Source: Hamiltosporidium tvaerminnensis FI-OER-3-3
Lineage: Eukaryota > Fungi > Microsporidia
Assembly (NCBI GenBank): GCA_022605425.2
Contig: JAKIMF020000005.1
Location: 1,364,001 to 1,428,000, forward strand
Length of the DNA: 64,000 nucleotides
Direction: 5' to 3'
Shown: in pieces, positions 41,817-55,326 of the stretch
Layout: each line of letters opens with the position of its first letter
How positions within the stretch are numbered: position 1 is the stretch's first letter
Notes under the pieces: generated by a model
The model's database searches: none
What the model was told of the DNA's origin: nothing
Seen by the model: the letters and a program-made list of their open reading frames with translations, nothing else
Position numbers and translations under genes: made by a program

Positions 41817-43969
41817 TAATTCGTGAATACTGTACATACAAAAAAAAATATCATTAAATTTTGATTTGTTAATGTATAATTTTCAGAGTCTTTTAAAACA
41901 AAATATTTGCAAATTATTTCATATATTTATAGTAAAATAAAAATTTGTTATTAAATCAATGAAGATCTTAAGATATTTTTAACAAAAATGATTTTTAAGT
42001 ATCACAAAGAAAAGACTTTCAAACATGTAGATTGTCTTTTGACGTGGTAGTTATTGGATTAAATATAGTAAATATCTAATCTAGAAACCCTTGATTCGAC
42101 TTTTAAAAATATTTTAAAATATTTTTGAACAGTTTTTTTTTTTCTTTTTTTAAAAAATATAATTTTATTAAAGTAGGTTTTCTCTATTGCTTCTTTATTT
42201 GCACAAATCTCTCGTTTTGATAGCCCATCGTTCATCCAAATCAGAAATTGTTTATCATTTGTGTTCATAGCTCTAATTTTTTAAGACTATATAAATTAAT
42301 GGTAAAAAATTTCTTATAATATATTTCCAGTTATAGTATATATAAGTATAAAGTGATCTTGAAATTGCAGGATTAAAAATGATTCTTAAGCTCTAGTGTA
42401 TTATGTCCATTTGTTTTTAAAATTAGTCTTAAGTTCTTCGAAATAAATATAAAGAATTCAAAATTATAATTATCTAAATTCTGAGTATATTTATGTAGCA
42501 GCTAGATCTCAGCAAGGTATATCTTATTGTAATTTATTTGACCCATCCTAAAATGAAAAATTTAAAGTACAATCGTAAAAAACAAGAAAAATATAAATTT
42601 AAAATCAAAGCAACAAATAATTTTTTTAATTAGCTTAATATGCAGTATTGGATATTAGCGAATGAGATTTGCGGCTTAGGTTTTTAAGTAAATATCGAAA
42701 AAAATATATATATTGTCAAACTGTATAAAATCTTTGAAAAAGCATAAGGTAGTATTTAAAAAAGTTAAAATAGATGCTAAATTAGACAAAGATTTTATAT
42801 AATATTTTACAAATTAACATAATATTTAGGTCCTTAGCCAATCAAGTCAGTAATTAGATTAAGTTCTAAAATTAAAGATAAATTAATTCCTATATAATAT
42901 AAGATATTTCGAAATGCCATCAAATGCAAAATTTACAAAACTAAGAATAATAATATAATTTATGCGCTATTGGTTTTAATTTTTGATATATATACTTTTT
43001 TTTTCTGATATTTTTTCAGTTTAAAATTTAAATTACGTTAATTCAAAAATTTTTTTATACGATAAAAGGCTTTCGAGAGCATCTATTCATATTAAGATTT
43101 TGTTCGAATATTTTCAGAGTATATATATTAGTTTGTAGCATACATAGTAATTTAAAGAATAATTAAATATTAGGATTTTACATATATTTTGCGATACACA
43201 TAAAAGGTTCAGTAGTATGAAATGCCAACGTTAAATCATTTAATAACTCCTAAAATTCTTATAAATGATAAAATCAAAACAAGGAAATAGTTTTAAAGTA
43301 TTAATTGAAAGACAGGGGCTACCAGAGAGTTGCACAAATACAATCCAGAATTTTGTAAAAATCGGTATAGAAAATGGCTCAGTATCTATAATAGCTCATG
43401 TATTTGCTTTACTAGCATAATATACTATTTAGAAATAATGCTTAATAAAGATTTTCCTAAAAATTATCGAATTTTGGAGACTTTAAGGCCATACAATATT
43501 GCAAAAAAAAAATAGTCTAGAATTATAGTTATACCAATTTTTATCTTATGTTATCAAATAGGCAAAAATAAAATATTTAATCTCTATATACATAAATTTC
43601 CGGCTTTTTTTTAAAAAAAAAATATAGTGGAATTGTAAATAAATTGTTTTAAGCAACTCTAAAAATGCACATGGAGAAAAGTAGTTTTTGGTTCTTCTCT
43701 ATTTTGGTACAAATTAGCACAATTATTTTTTTTGAGAATTTAAAACAATTTTTTTTACAATCATATAGATTACAAGAAACACAAAATTTTGCACTATTTC
43801 GGGTAATTTCGAAACGAAACTATAATTTTACATATAAAAAGGTTTTAAAATTTTCGAAAAAATGAAGATGAGATAGCTACGTTTAAAACAATTAGCTAGC
43901 AAATGATCAATTTATCCTTTGTATGAAATCTTTATATAGATTTCGAATGAGAAAATACCTTTACGTTTT

Positions 43970-44340
43970 CGGGTGATTCATTAAGTTTGTAGAAAGAATG
44001 TTGGCCAACGGTTCGCGCGTGTTTATTACTAAGTCTATAATTTTTTATACAATAAATTGTGACTGCGTAAAATATATAGTTCATTGCTAAGTAAAATTAC
44101 AAAACCTAGCTTTGCTAATCTTGATTAAAAACTTGCTGATATGAGATAGATTAACGCAAACATTTGAACTAGGAAATCGATTATAAGTTACTCGTGTTAA
44201 AAGACACTACTTGTCTATATGGTTCTCCTTTAAGCCCCTAAGTTATATTTTAGCGAAAGCCTTTCGGGCTCTATAATTGTAGAATAAGCAGGAATAGAGC
44301 GTAATTATTGACTGAAAAAGCGGGATTTGACCTTACTCAT
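43970..44340 (+). mobile_element. Highly degraded Tc1/mariner-superfamily transposon 5' fragment
   Basis: Begins gggtgatt...gttggccaacggttcgcgcgtgttt...gtctataatt, resembling the left end of insect mariner-like elements. Later ctaggaaatcgatt (PRKSI-like) and IL.K....Y...KQE...D...R (HTH-to-catalytic linker). No right TIR recognised. Confidence 0.33.
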
Positions 44341-45360
44341 ACTCGATGCAATAGATTCAAACTATATAGAAAGCTTTACAAGCTTATTGAATTTTTTCGT
44401 ATTCACTTTGTATAGAAGTCTAGGATAATTAAGTTCGAAAGAGGTACATAAGAACTGATAAGTAAAATTCTATGTAAAAACTAGACCTTTATTGATTCTT
44501 GAAGTAATATATAACATTTGACTTTGTTTTAAAAGGATTAATATTTTTATTAATGAAAATACTGCAAATGAACTTGATAAATTATTATAATGCTTTATTC
44601 GCAGATATTAAATCATTGAATATATAATTCAAGATTTTTAATAATTAAATTCTATAGAAAAGATTATTTACATAATTTAAAGAAAATAATTAGAAAGATA
44701 ATATAAAGAATATGGGTAAAAAATGTTTTAATTTGATGAAACTTAAATAGTTTTAAAGATCAAAATTATAATCAAATATCTGCGAATAAACAGTTTTTTA
44801 AATCAAATTTCTATTTAATATAAAAAAAAATGTCATAATAATTTTTCTTTGCCTTGAATTATTCTAAAATATGTTTTTATTTATATTCCGAAATATTTAT
44901 TAGAACGTTATAAATTTAAAACTTATTACAAATACAATTTAAATTCCTCATCAGACTAAAATTACATAATTTAAAATATGTATGATTTAAGTCTTAGTAA
45001 AAGTTATTTTAAATATATTATACATTTCGTTGGAAGTTTTTCGAGTGTTTTAGAAATAAATTGATGTATTAAAAGATAGAAATCTTGTAATATAAAGAAT
45101 AAATAGATTTAACATACAAATCTTAATTGAAGAAGCTTAATTTTAAAATTAAAGAATTCTATATTTATTCAAAGCAAACCTACTAAAATGATGTTTCAAT
45201 AATACAGTGTTTAATTCTAAAAACAAAAAAATATGTACAAGAAATTTAAACAATCCGTATTACTTATAAAATATAAATAGATTAGCAGTAGCATTAAATT
45301 TAATAAAGATTTACGTCTTAACAATTTTCTTTGTTATAATTTTTTTTAATTTCTACCCTT

Positions 45361-46370
45361 ATGTTCTGAAATCAAAATATTTTTTCCTCTAGAAAAATTG
45401 AGATGAGGATAGATATCAAACAATATGAATATGAATAAACAAGATGAGTGAAATGGCGCCAACGTTGAGCATATTTAATGTTCACAACTTTTCTCTTCAT
45501 CCCAAGGAATTGCCAAAAAAATGAATTTCTTTTAGAAATTGCTTCCGGTTATAGATAGATATATGACAATTAGGTAACATTATGAGGCTTTTGGATATTT
45601 GGCACAACGCCCTGAAAGTTTATGAATCGAGGGTTGGTTGTTATAAATTGATTCCAGATTTCCGTATTCTTGGAATCATTTTTAAAAAGAAAGGTTTTGA
45701 ATTTAATAGTATCCTTTCCTTCTATTTGAACAAAATTTCTAGTATTTTGAGGCGGGGAGAAGTGAAAAAGAAGCACAAGGGGCAGTAAGGGATTTAATGT
45801 CTATTGTTTATTTCATCTGCTATATTTAAGATTTATGAAGAATATTTTGATGTTTATGAACAATTTTGGAGTGTATATGAACCGTAGACTTGAACATTTT
45901 CTATCTTGGCTAAAATCCAGAACAATTTGAAAATTTATAATTTTGTTTAAATTAGAACAAATGAAAAGCTTTTGTGTTGTTTTTCTGAAAGTTATGCGTT
46001 ACAACCAAATTATCTTTGAAAAAATATTTTTTGTGTCAGATGAAGTAGAAATATATATAACTTTTGATATATTGTGCTACATTTATAGTGTTTGGTGCAA
46101 CAAAGTGCGAAAATCAAATGTTTTTCAAATTTGAATCATAGATGCCTTCATGATAAATTTAAAATATCATAGCTATGTAATCTCAGAATTTTTTTAGATT
46201 CTAAGAATTATTTGCAGAAGAAGAAGAAATGTAGGTTAAGTTTTTAAGTAGGAGATATTTGAATAGGGTTAATGATTTGCAAGAAAACTTTAATAGAAAA
46301 AAATTTTAAATTAGTGTATTACCTAGTGAATGCTTTTTATAGAAAATGTTTGTATATTTTTTAAAATAAA
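45361..46370 (+). pseudogene. Pseudogene of a hypothetical protein
   Basis: tacccttATG start context and coding-like composition, with residual ORFs 45582-45788 and 45943-46134. AATAAA at ~46365. Multiple stops and frameshifts. Confidence 0.45.
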
Positions 46371-47969
46371 TTTCCACTCTTCCTAGTTGTATTAAGTATA
46401 TCTTTTGTTATTCAGGCACTTCTAATTAAAAATAATATCTTCTTTTAAATTTGATTCACCCATATTTTTTGGTTCAAACTCTAGGACTTTATATGTTAGT
46501 ATATTTTGTAAATTATAACAAAATTTAATTGAAACCTATGTATATCCTAAGTCTTAAATTGGATTCCGCTCTTTATCAAACATTATTTCATTTAGTTACA
46601 AGCATAGGCTACTATTTCGACGAAAAAAAAATATAATTAATCTTTATAGTACAAGTAAGTATTTTTTAATTTATATATATATATAATACGTTTCTAGTAG
46701 AGTATATATTAAGAAAGTAAATTATAATTTATTTCTTGATTAATATATAAAAGATTTAACAATTAATAAAAAATAGTACCAAATTAATATTCTACGAAGT
46801 CTTACTTTATTGCAAGGAAGTGTAATAAATATTTCAGTTAGTATATAAGACGAACGCATTTTTGCTATTAATCCAGTAAATAAATCATCATAGCATAATA
46901 TATTGTATTGTGTTTTAAAATAGCAAGCCAGAAAAAATCAAATAAACTAGTTCGTAAAAAAAACGATTATTATATTTAGAAACAAATATTTTATTACATT
47001 TAAATAAATTAAAGAACTTACTCCCATAAAAAGAGATTTTACTTTTATATTTTTAAAATTTCAAGTACAGATTTTTATATTCTTTTAGAAACCATCTAAC
47101 TAAATTTAATTAATTTAAAAATATTGAGGAAAAAAAATGTTTAAATGTAAGGAATAAATTTAAATCAAAAGTCATAGGTTTACATTATAACACGAATGAA
47201 AAACCTAAGTCAGTAAATATTATGATAACTTTTTCTAGGTAAATTTACAATTTTTTTCAATTTCAGCGTTTATATATTTTGTGCTTAAATTTTTTAAAAT
47301 TATTAAAAGTCTTTAAACTGAGAAATAACTTAATCTAGATTTATTTTGCAAATCTATTATTAAATTGTTGTAAATTCGTTTGATACATCGCGACACAAGA
47401 ATACTTTTATTTTGGAACAGTAAAATTTGTTGTAAATAACAAGGTAATATGTAGAAACTTGACATAGGAAGTTTGTTATATACATATAACATATTCAAGA
47501 AGTAAAAAAAAATTAAGAAATGTTTCTTATTTTAGATACATAAGAGTAATGAGATTATATAATCATAGAGAAAATGTTTAATGGCTGTGAAAAAAATGCT
47601 TAACAATGTATTTGACTGTTTAATGTAGAATAAATATTTTTGGGTTCAAAAAAAAAAGAAAAAAAAACTTCAATTTTCCGAAATTAATAAGAAATTTAAA
47701 TCACATAATTTATTAAATTGCATTGTAATTAAGTCTTCCTAAATATATTAGTACTTAGAAAATGAAAGATATAGGCCATTTTGAAGTATATGTTGATATA
47801 AATCGTAACTTGCCCTAGACAATTTTTTTTAAGTTTCAAAGCGACATTAATTTAAAATACAAGCGGTCTTAATGCATTTATCTCCAAAATCAAATATTGC
47901 TCGATTATAATTTTTTTTTCATAAGTGTTCTTTCATAGCTTTTGCATATACGAGAGCATGTAAAAAGTA

Positions 47970-48620
47970 TTGTAAGTAACTATCCAAACAGGTTACTATG
48001 CCTCATTTATAACAGACTCTTTAACTTCAGCTAGTGAAATGTCAGGGCGAAACATTCATTATAAAAGTAAAAAAAACTTTTCAAAAGACATGTTCAAAAT
48101 GCGTAATAAGTACAGCGTGGAGGAGAGTATAGAGACCACATAGCAAGCTTTAAAGGTTAGAAAAAAGAGGTAATGATATTTACTTAAAATTTCTATTAAG
48201 TTTCTCAATAAGAGATGACATACTGTGTTTGAAGTCTTTTTATGTAAAAATGCTTTATTTTATACTTTCCTTAAAAACATTCTATCATTAGCCAATATTG
48301 TTTCGTAATCGAGCTCATTGTATTAGAGTTACTGTAAACCAGGTATATAGGATGATATGATTATATATCACTATTTTAAAAAGTAAATTATTTACTCATT
48401 TTAGTAAATTCGACTTTTTTACGAGATCTAACGAGTTATTTGTTTACTACCCTTTTAATTTATATCTATACTTATGCAAATAATTTTAATAGTCCTTTAA
48501 CAAACCATATCAGCTTAGATAGTATAAGAAAAAGTATACTAAGCAGCAAATATCAAAGTAATAAAAGAATCGATCAGTATTTGTGGCATGTGTTTTAGGG
48601 GTTCTACATTAGTATGGCGA
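47970..48620 (+). mobile_element. Possible very old LINE RT remnant
   Basis: Slightly higher GC. Fragments LLCLIYNRLFN...EM...KK...CSKCVIS and later LWHVF loosely follow RT domain 1-3 order. Confidence 0.18.
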
Positions 48621-49084
48621 AAATTGTTATATACAAGCATCCGGATTATAAGTATACTAAGAATAGTGACTCTCTATCTCATAGATAGTAAGAGTATAAC
48701 TGTAGAAGAGGCCACGGTTCAAAAACTGCAGCTATTTTTCTAGGTTTCCATTTTTTTAACCAATTGCATATATTAACACAATACAATGATGAATCTTTAC
48801 ATCTTTATGATATATATATTAACTTAGTAAACTTTAAGAAAGAAGCTAAAATATATTGTAAAAAAAATAGAAAACCTTGCAAATCATTTTTTGTCTCTTT
48901 GAAAAAAACCTCGCCTATAAAAACAACATGAACATCTCCATGACTTTGAGTTCATGATATTTCTATAATCAAATACTTTTTTTTGCTATATATCCCAAAA
49001 TTTTATTTACATATGCCATAGCTTAATAAAAAAAAATATAAAATCATTTTAAATACTAAAAATCATAAAATTTTTGTTTAAAGA

Positions 49085-49340
49085 TATTCTCTCTTGGAAT
49101 ATCTATTATAGATATATTAAATATAATACACTTCTGATATTATTTTCGAGAATTGCCCTCTGCGACATTAAAGTAACGATGATTCTACTATTCTCTTCGA
49201 GAATATCTATTATATTTACACTTTTTTTGAGAGACACTTTCATATTTTTCGAGAATATCTATTGTAGAATCATTAGAAAAAATACACTTTTGATATTATT
49301 TTCGAGAATATTCATTCTATACACGTAAAATTAAAATGAT
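49085..49340. repeat. Five-unit ~52-bp minisatellite with conserved core TTCGAGAATATCTATT
   Basis: Core at ~49094, 49146, 49197, 49249 and 49302 (spacing 51-53). Units 1-2 resemble units 4-5 (~156-bp higher order). Confidence 0.8.
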
Positions 49341-50859
49341 TTTAGAAAATTTTAGTATATGGTTTTCAAAAAGTATCAAGTCAAGAAATTATATTTTATT
49401 TAAAAAGAAACATCCTAGGGCATAAAGAAATGCTTTAACTTAGCAAATACCCATACTCCCCTTATAATTGGTATCTAAAAAGTAAAATCAATTATTTATT
49501 CATTTTTTGTATGTATAACTTATTCTCTTTCGATTAAAGGATAAAAAATAATATTAACTCACTAAATGTAGCAATACTATACACTTTTTATATATATTAC
49601 TTGTTTCTCTTTCTTTTCTTCGAACCGAAACCTAAGGAAACTAAAGTTCTGTTGATATTTTTTTAAATCGTACTATATTAATAGTTGATCATCAAAACAA
49701 TATAGTACAAAAAAATTTCGTACATTTTCTTACAAAAAAAAATAAAAATTTAAAGCAATTGAAACTTTTTAAATCAAAACATGTAAAACCAAATTAAATT
49801 TTTTATAGAACCAAAAACATCTTATTTGTGTAATCTAAAGTCCAATTGTAACAATAATTTTGAGGTAAAAGAAATTTCGGGATTTGTAGACATATATTAA
49901 GTTGTTAAAACTAGATCTAAGTAAAATTCATAAAATATTAAAGATTTAAAAAGCCATTCCATTTTTAGGTAAATTAATCATACTTATAAAATTATGAGTT
50001 TTCAAATTTTACTAAAGTCAAAAAATGATTTTTGTCAATTTTACTTACTTTACGAAGTATACCTTACATAATTTCCTTAAGCTGAAAGCTTTCAGTTATT
50101 TTAATAGATATCTAAAAGTAAAAGTAAAAATAAACAAATAAAGTAATTTTATATAAAACGACAAACAAATTTATATCAGTTAAAACTTAATACCATTACT
50201 CTCAGCTAGGATTATACAATTAAGATATCTTAAGTTTAAAGGGAGATAACTTTAGGCACAAATATTTGCTTTGACTTTTCTATTTCCTGAGTTAAGAATT
50301 TACAATTCAAGATATTAAGAGGAAAAATAAACTTATTAAGAGTTACAGTAAGTATTGTTCCAAATTATGAATAAGTTAAAATATATTAAACAATATTTAA
50401 TCATCCTAATCTACATTTATAAAAACTGTATTTTAAAAATAATTTAAAAATTTTTACTACTGAAAAAAGAATCTAATATCTAAGAATGTTACAAAAAATT
50501 AGTTTTCAAAAATATTTTGTCTATAGGTTTTTCTTAGAATTTCCTTGCTAAAATATAATTCTAGCCTGGAAAAAGATAAAATAATTATAACATATACTAA
50601 AATAATACATAACATAAAAAATTTATTATAAATTAACCAAGATTTAGGGTTTAATACTTTTACTAGGGCAAGTATTTAAATTACGAAATAATTCGTAAAA
50701 TTAATAATTTATTTAAAAATCTTCATATTTTTGTGAAAACTAAAAATTATACATTTGTTATAGAGTTCAAAACAAAAATTTCTTATTAATATTTTCAAAA
50801 AAAAACTTAGACATATGCCGATCAGTAAAAAAGTTGTTAAAATTAAAATTAAAATCAAA

Positions 50860-51150
50860 TCTTAAATTGTAAAGATTTTACAAATAAAAAATTTGAAAAA
50901 AATTAAAAAAATAAAAAAATAAAAATTTAAAAAGGTGTAAAAAAACGTGAAAAAACAGCTAAATTTAAGAGAAAACTTAAAAAACAGAAAAGGAAAGGTA
51001 AAAACATATAAAAAACTTAAAAAAATTGTAAGTATATGTAAAAAGATATAACAAACTTTAGAAATAAAAAATTCTTGTAAATTAGTACAAATCTTTCCAA
51101 AAAATTTTAAAAAAGTTAAAAAACAAAATAAAAAATTCAAAAATAATAAA
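50860..51150. repeat. A-rich low-complexity tract
   Basis: Runs of A5-A7 separated by 1-3 nt. This generates the spurious Phe-rich minus ORF 50862-51140. Confidence 0.7.
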
Positions 51151-54100
51151 ATCTTATGTTAAAAAGTACAAATTAAAAAGACATTGAATGTATTAAGCAT
51201 TCTAAAAACTTAATAAGTTAAACTTCGCAAACACACTACATCAGTCCTATAAAATCTAAAATTGATATAAAAAAACAAAAAAAAACTGCTTACTGTATAA
51301 AAAATAAAGAAGTATTGAAAAGTACCACCTAAATTAAAATACTAAAAAATTCTAAGAAAGCAATTGAACGCTTGAAAGAAATAGAAAAAAACTGCAAAAA
51401 GTGAGATATTGCACAATGACTCCAAGTGAATTTGAAGAGATAATTTAAGCAGTACTAACTTTTAAAGAGAGTTTAAACCCTTCGGTTTGAGATATAAATG
51501 TAGAACATTTTTTAAATAAAGTATATTTATATAGAAAATCTCATAAGAAAGAAAAATCAATTGCTATTCTAGAATATAATAACGCATAAAAAAAATATAT
51601 AAGTATAAAATTAGGCTAAGTGTATTTTCTTTTGCTTAAATATTGTAAAGTCTATATAACAAGATATATAAAATTTCAGAAAGTCAAAGTGAGCCATTGA
51701 CCCAAAATAAAAAGAAGCTTTAAATGTAGATTCAAATTAGGAAGATTGGGTAACCCTATACCGAGGAAAAATAACAATTAAATAACTTAAATATTTTTTT
51801 TGCATTAACTGTTCAATACTTATAAGTTTTAGATGTAATATTATTAAAAAAAATTAAATTGTAGAATCTAAAGTCTATTTAAATATTTTATTTTGTCGAT
51901 TTCAGGAAAATAATCGTATTTTACAAGCCATTAGACTTAAGCGAAGAATATCAAGAATGCTCTCAAAAATGAAAAAAACCATAGTTTTGAATATAAGAAA
52001 TATTTAACAAACATAAATTGTTTTCTACCTTTAAAAAAAATATTGATATACCTAAATATTTAAATCGAGGTTTTTGAAACGAAAAAATCGAATAAGTTTA
52101 AAACAATATTTATAGTCATTTATAAACAAAGCTTAAGTGTCCCATATGTACTTTATATGGTTCAAAGTTTCTATAGCGACTAAATAGATAATATTAAAAT
52201 CGAGTAAAAACTGTTAATAACACCAGAAAGGGTTCAAACCAAAATAGATTAAACTTACCTTAAAAGCAATAAAAACCACATACAAAAAAATGTAACATAA
52301 AGTAACAGAAATATAAAAGTATTTAAAAACAGGAATTAAGCTACTTAAACAATGAGGTATAAAAAATTTCAAGGTAAAAAATAATCATAATATTGGCTCA
52401 GATTTAAAGGTAAGTATAAAGTAAAAAACCTACTCAAAAAGTAAATTGAAAAGATAAGAGAAGGGAGATAAAATAATTAAAATTTGGCTTATTTATATGT
52501 AATTTGAATTCTCACATGGTTTTGCAAAGCAAATTATGTCAGTATGGCAAAGTAATAACACACAAAAAGGGATTTCAGATTTGATCACTGCCAAAATTCA
52601 AGCTTCCTTTTGATATATAAAAATATTTTTGCATGCACAAATCGGACTGAACATTAGGACAGAATTTCTTTAAAAAAATAAATTAACTGGATTAAGTAGT
52701 AAAAAAAATGTTTCTTCTGGAAAAAATAACCTGTCTGGTCTTAATCTTCAAACACAATGAAAATTTCATTTTCAGACTTTGAATAACCCCCACTCCTATT
52801 TAAAGAAATCAATATGTACATCAAAACACACGATCTTATATTTTCTAAAATTTCCATCAATTATCAAGAATTTATTTCATAGAATTTGCCAGTTTTATTT
52901 TTAATTTAAATTGTTACAAGAAAAATTTAGTCAGACAATAATTTTAATTTTGTTTTATAAAATTAACTCTTCAATTTTCAATATGATTTGACCTATATAG
53001 CATATACCTCAAGAAAACGATTATAATTTTTTAGCATTTATAACATTTGATAAAAATAAGAAAAGCCTTCATTCAGCTCATCCTTTGATTTTAGAACTCA
53101 AAAGAAATAATATTCATTTCTGAGATTAAAATTATTTTTATTAAGCTTTATTCGATATAAATTACTGTACTAACGTAATTAGAATTTAAAATATATTTAT
53201 TAAATTTACGAGAAAACTATTTTTTTCTTATGTAAAAATCTCATAATATTTATTTAAAAAATAACAAACTTTTTTGCGGTTCCAATTTTAGGAAACCTTT
53301 AGTTGTTAAATTAAGTCTGAACTTAACGAAGAAAAAAACCATATTTCTAAGTTTTGAGAAGAATGAAATCATTATGAACTATTAAAGGACACCTAATTGT
53401 GTTTTTGACTGAAAGACTTATCCCTTTTGATATCTATAGATAAATGTAAAATGAATATGAGAAATATGCTTAATTCATATTTTTATAATTCAGACTGATC
53501 ATTTTTATACACTTCTATATTAAAATTTCTGCTCAAAAATATTATCTGAAATCACAAAAGAGACAGATAAGTAATTTAAAGCTATATATTAATAAAACAA
53601 ATTTTTCTTCTATTAAAAATTTGTATATTTCTTTTTCAAAAAAAATCATTTTCTTTAAAACTTCTTGATTTTTTCTAATGACAAATCAATTATTGCAAAT
53701 AAAAAATTTCTGTCATTTAACCATGCTAAGATCTTTTGTATATGAAATTATTTTAAGAATAAAAATCGAAAATATAAATTGCTTTTTGTAAGGTTTTTTG
53801 ATATTTAAAGTCGCATTTAGAAAGAATCGTATCTAAGCATAAAAAAAATAGGAAGTAAACCAAAATTCCAGAGAAAAGGTATCTTAAATCTCAGGTGTCT
53901 TTAAGATACCATAAAGACCGATTATATATGATTCCTTAAATGTGATCAGATCCTAACAATAAAATTTTTATTTTTGAATTATTATTTAATAAAAATATCC
54001 AAAAGAATTAAAAGTATTTAAACCTGGATTATATAGGTTTTGTTGTTTATGTACAGTTCCCGTATAAGTAAAAGATTGTTCAACATGTAAAGTTATTATT

Positions 54101-54419
54101 TGTCACAATTTTTTTAAATATATCGATATTTTCGATTATATTTCCATTAATAATTCGTAAAAATTGTTTTTACTCTTTCAATTGTTGAAATTTTAAGTTT
54201 TTGTTTAAATAGATCAAAGTTCACAAAATAGTTTTGTTTATTATATATGGAAAGACAGAGTATGCAAAATGATATTCTAATAAAAGTAATGACGTGTTGA
54301 AATTTTACATAAATTTTCTTTTATGAATTAAAATATTTATTTTCTTTCGTATTTACATTCTATATACATTAAATATATTTCAAAAATTTTCTTTATTTTT
54401 ATTTTACAAAGTTTATCCC

Positions 54420-55326
54420 TACCAATATTATTATAAAAATATTCTCCTCCATAGAGAAATAAATTGAATTGGTAAAAGAAGAAGTGTGAACAGAAAAAAA
54501 GAAATATTCTAAAGTAGAAGAAAACACCAATAGAAATAAAAACTATACTATTGCTGTTTCTTATCCAACCAGAGTATTTTCTTATCTGGTAAGTGTAAAG
54601 TTGAGTGTTTCCTCTGTATGCAATGCTACATATGATATTAGAAAAATAAATTTAGGGTTTTTTTCATAGATCACGATACTCTTCAATAACACTAGCTGGG
54701 TAAGCAGGAAAATATTTCAAAATTTTTTTCCAAAGAAGATTTCACAAATAAGATTATAACATTAAAAGATGCTAAGGGCTTTTGTACAGAAACAGAGCAG
54801 AGCAGATATAAATGGAGAATATTAGTAGGTTTCGCAGAAGAGGTTATTGATTCTTTCTATTCAGAGATGTGTTAAGATTACTATATGTTGATGTATATTT
54901 ATTACGAGTGTCTAGAGTCAATTTTATCTTGCTAAAAAGAATTACTATTTTCGGTTTCCAGGTTCATTTAGAAATATGAGCAGCTTATATTACCTGTTTA
55001 ATGTGTGAAGTGTTTTTAGAATAAAGTTATATTGAGAATAGCTTTTTAAAATGTTCATATTAAGATATAAATTTTTCTATTTTTATACAAGGAACTAATA
55101 GATGGTATGAATTATGAAATATTTACTTTTTTAAAAACTGGAAAAGAAAAAAATTTATGGAAAAAACAAAACTAGTTTGAGAATAGGGCTTTGCATGATA
55201 GAATATATATTTCTAGGAATACATTGCAGAATCATTAGAATTTTGTGTATGCTTCACAATAAATCGTAGTGAGTATTAGATAATCCTTAGATCTGATCAA
55301 GAAGGCTTTGAGTTCGAAATATAATA
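54420..55326 (+). pseudogene. Pseudogene of a hypothetical (possibly secreted) protein
   Basis: ccc motif at ~54417, hydrophobic ..IIIKIFSSIEK start and internal open stretch FFSKEDFTNKIITLKDAKGFCTETEQSRYKWRILVGFAEEVIDSFYSEMC. Ends ...QEGFEFEI-TAA overlapping AATAAA. Confidence 0.5.

Noticed and set aside
49085-49340. CRISPR array
   Set aside because: Repeats are degenerate, the spacers resemble each other (1 with 4, 2 with 5), there are no cas genes, and the context is eukaryotic.
50862-51140. 92-aa Phe-rich ORF resembling a membrane protein
   Set aside because: By-product of the A-rich low-complexity tract.
37319-53339. Exact 17-mer ttaacgaagaaaaaaac at ~37319 and ~53323
   Set aside because: A-rich, flanks unrelated, and within chance expectation.
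53878-53910. Perfect 11-bp inverted repeat ggtatcttaaa/tttaagatacc
   Set aside because: Several such hairpins are expected by chance in 64 kb at this AT content, and there is no associated feature.
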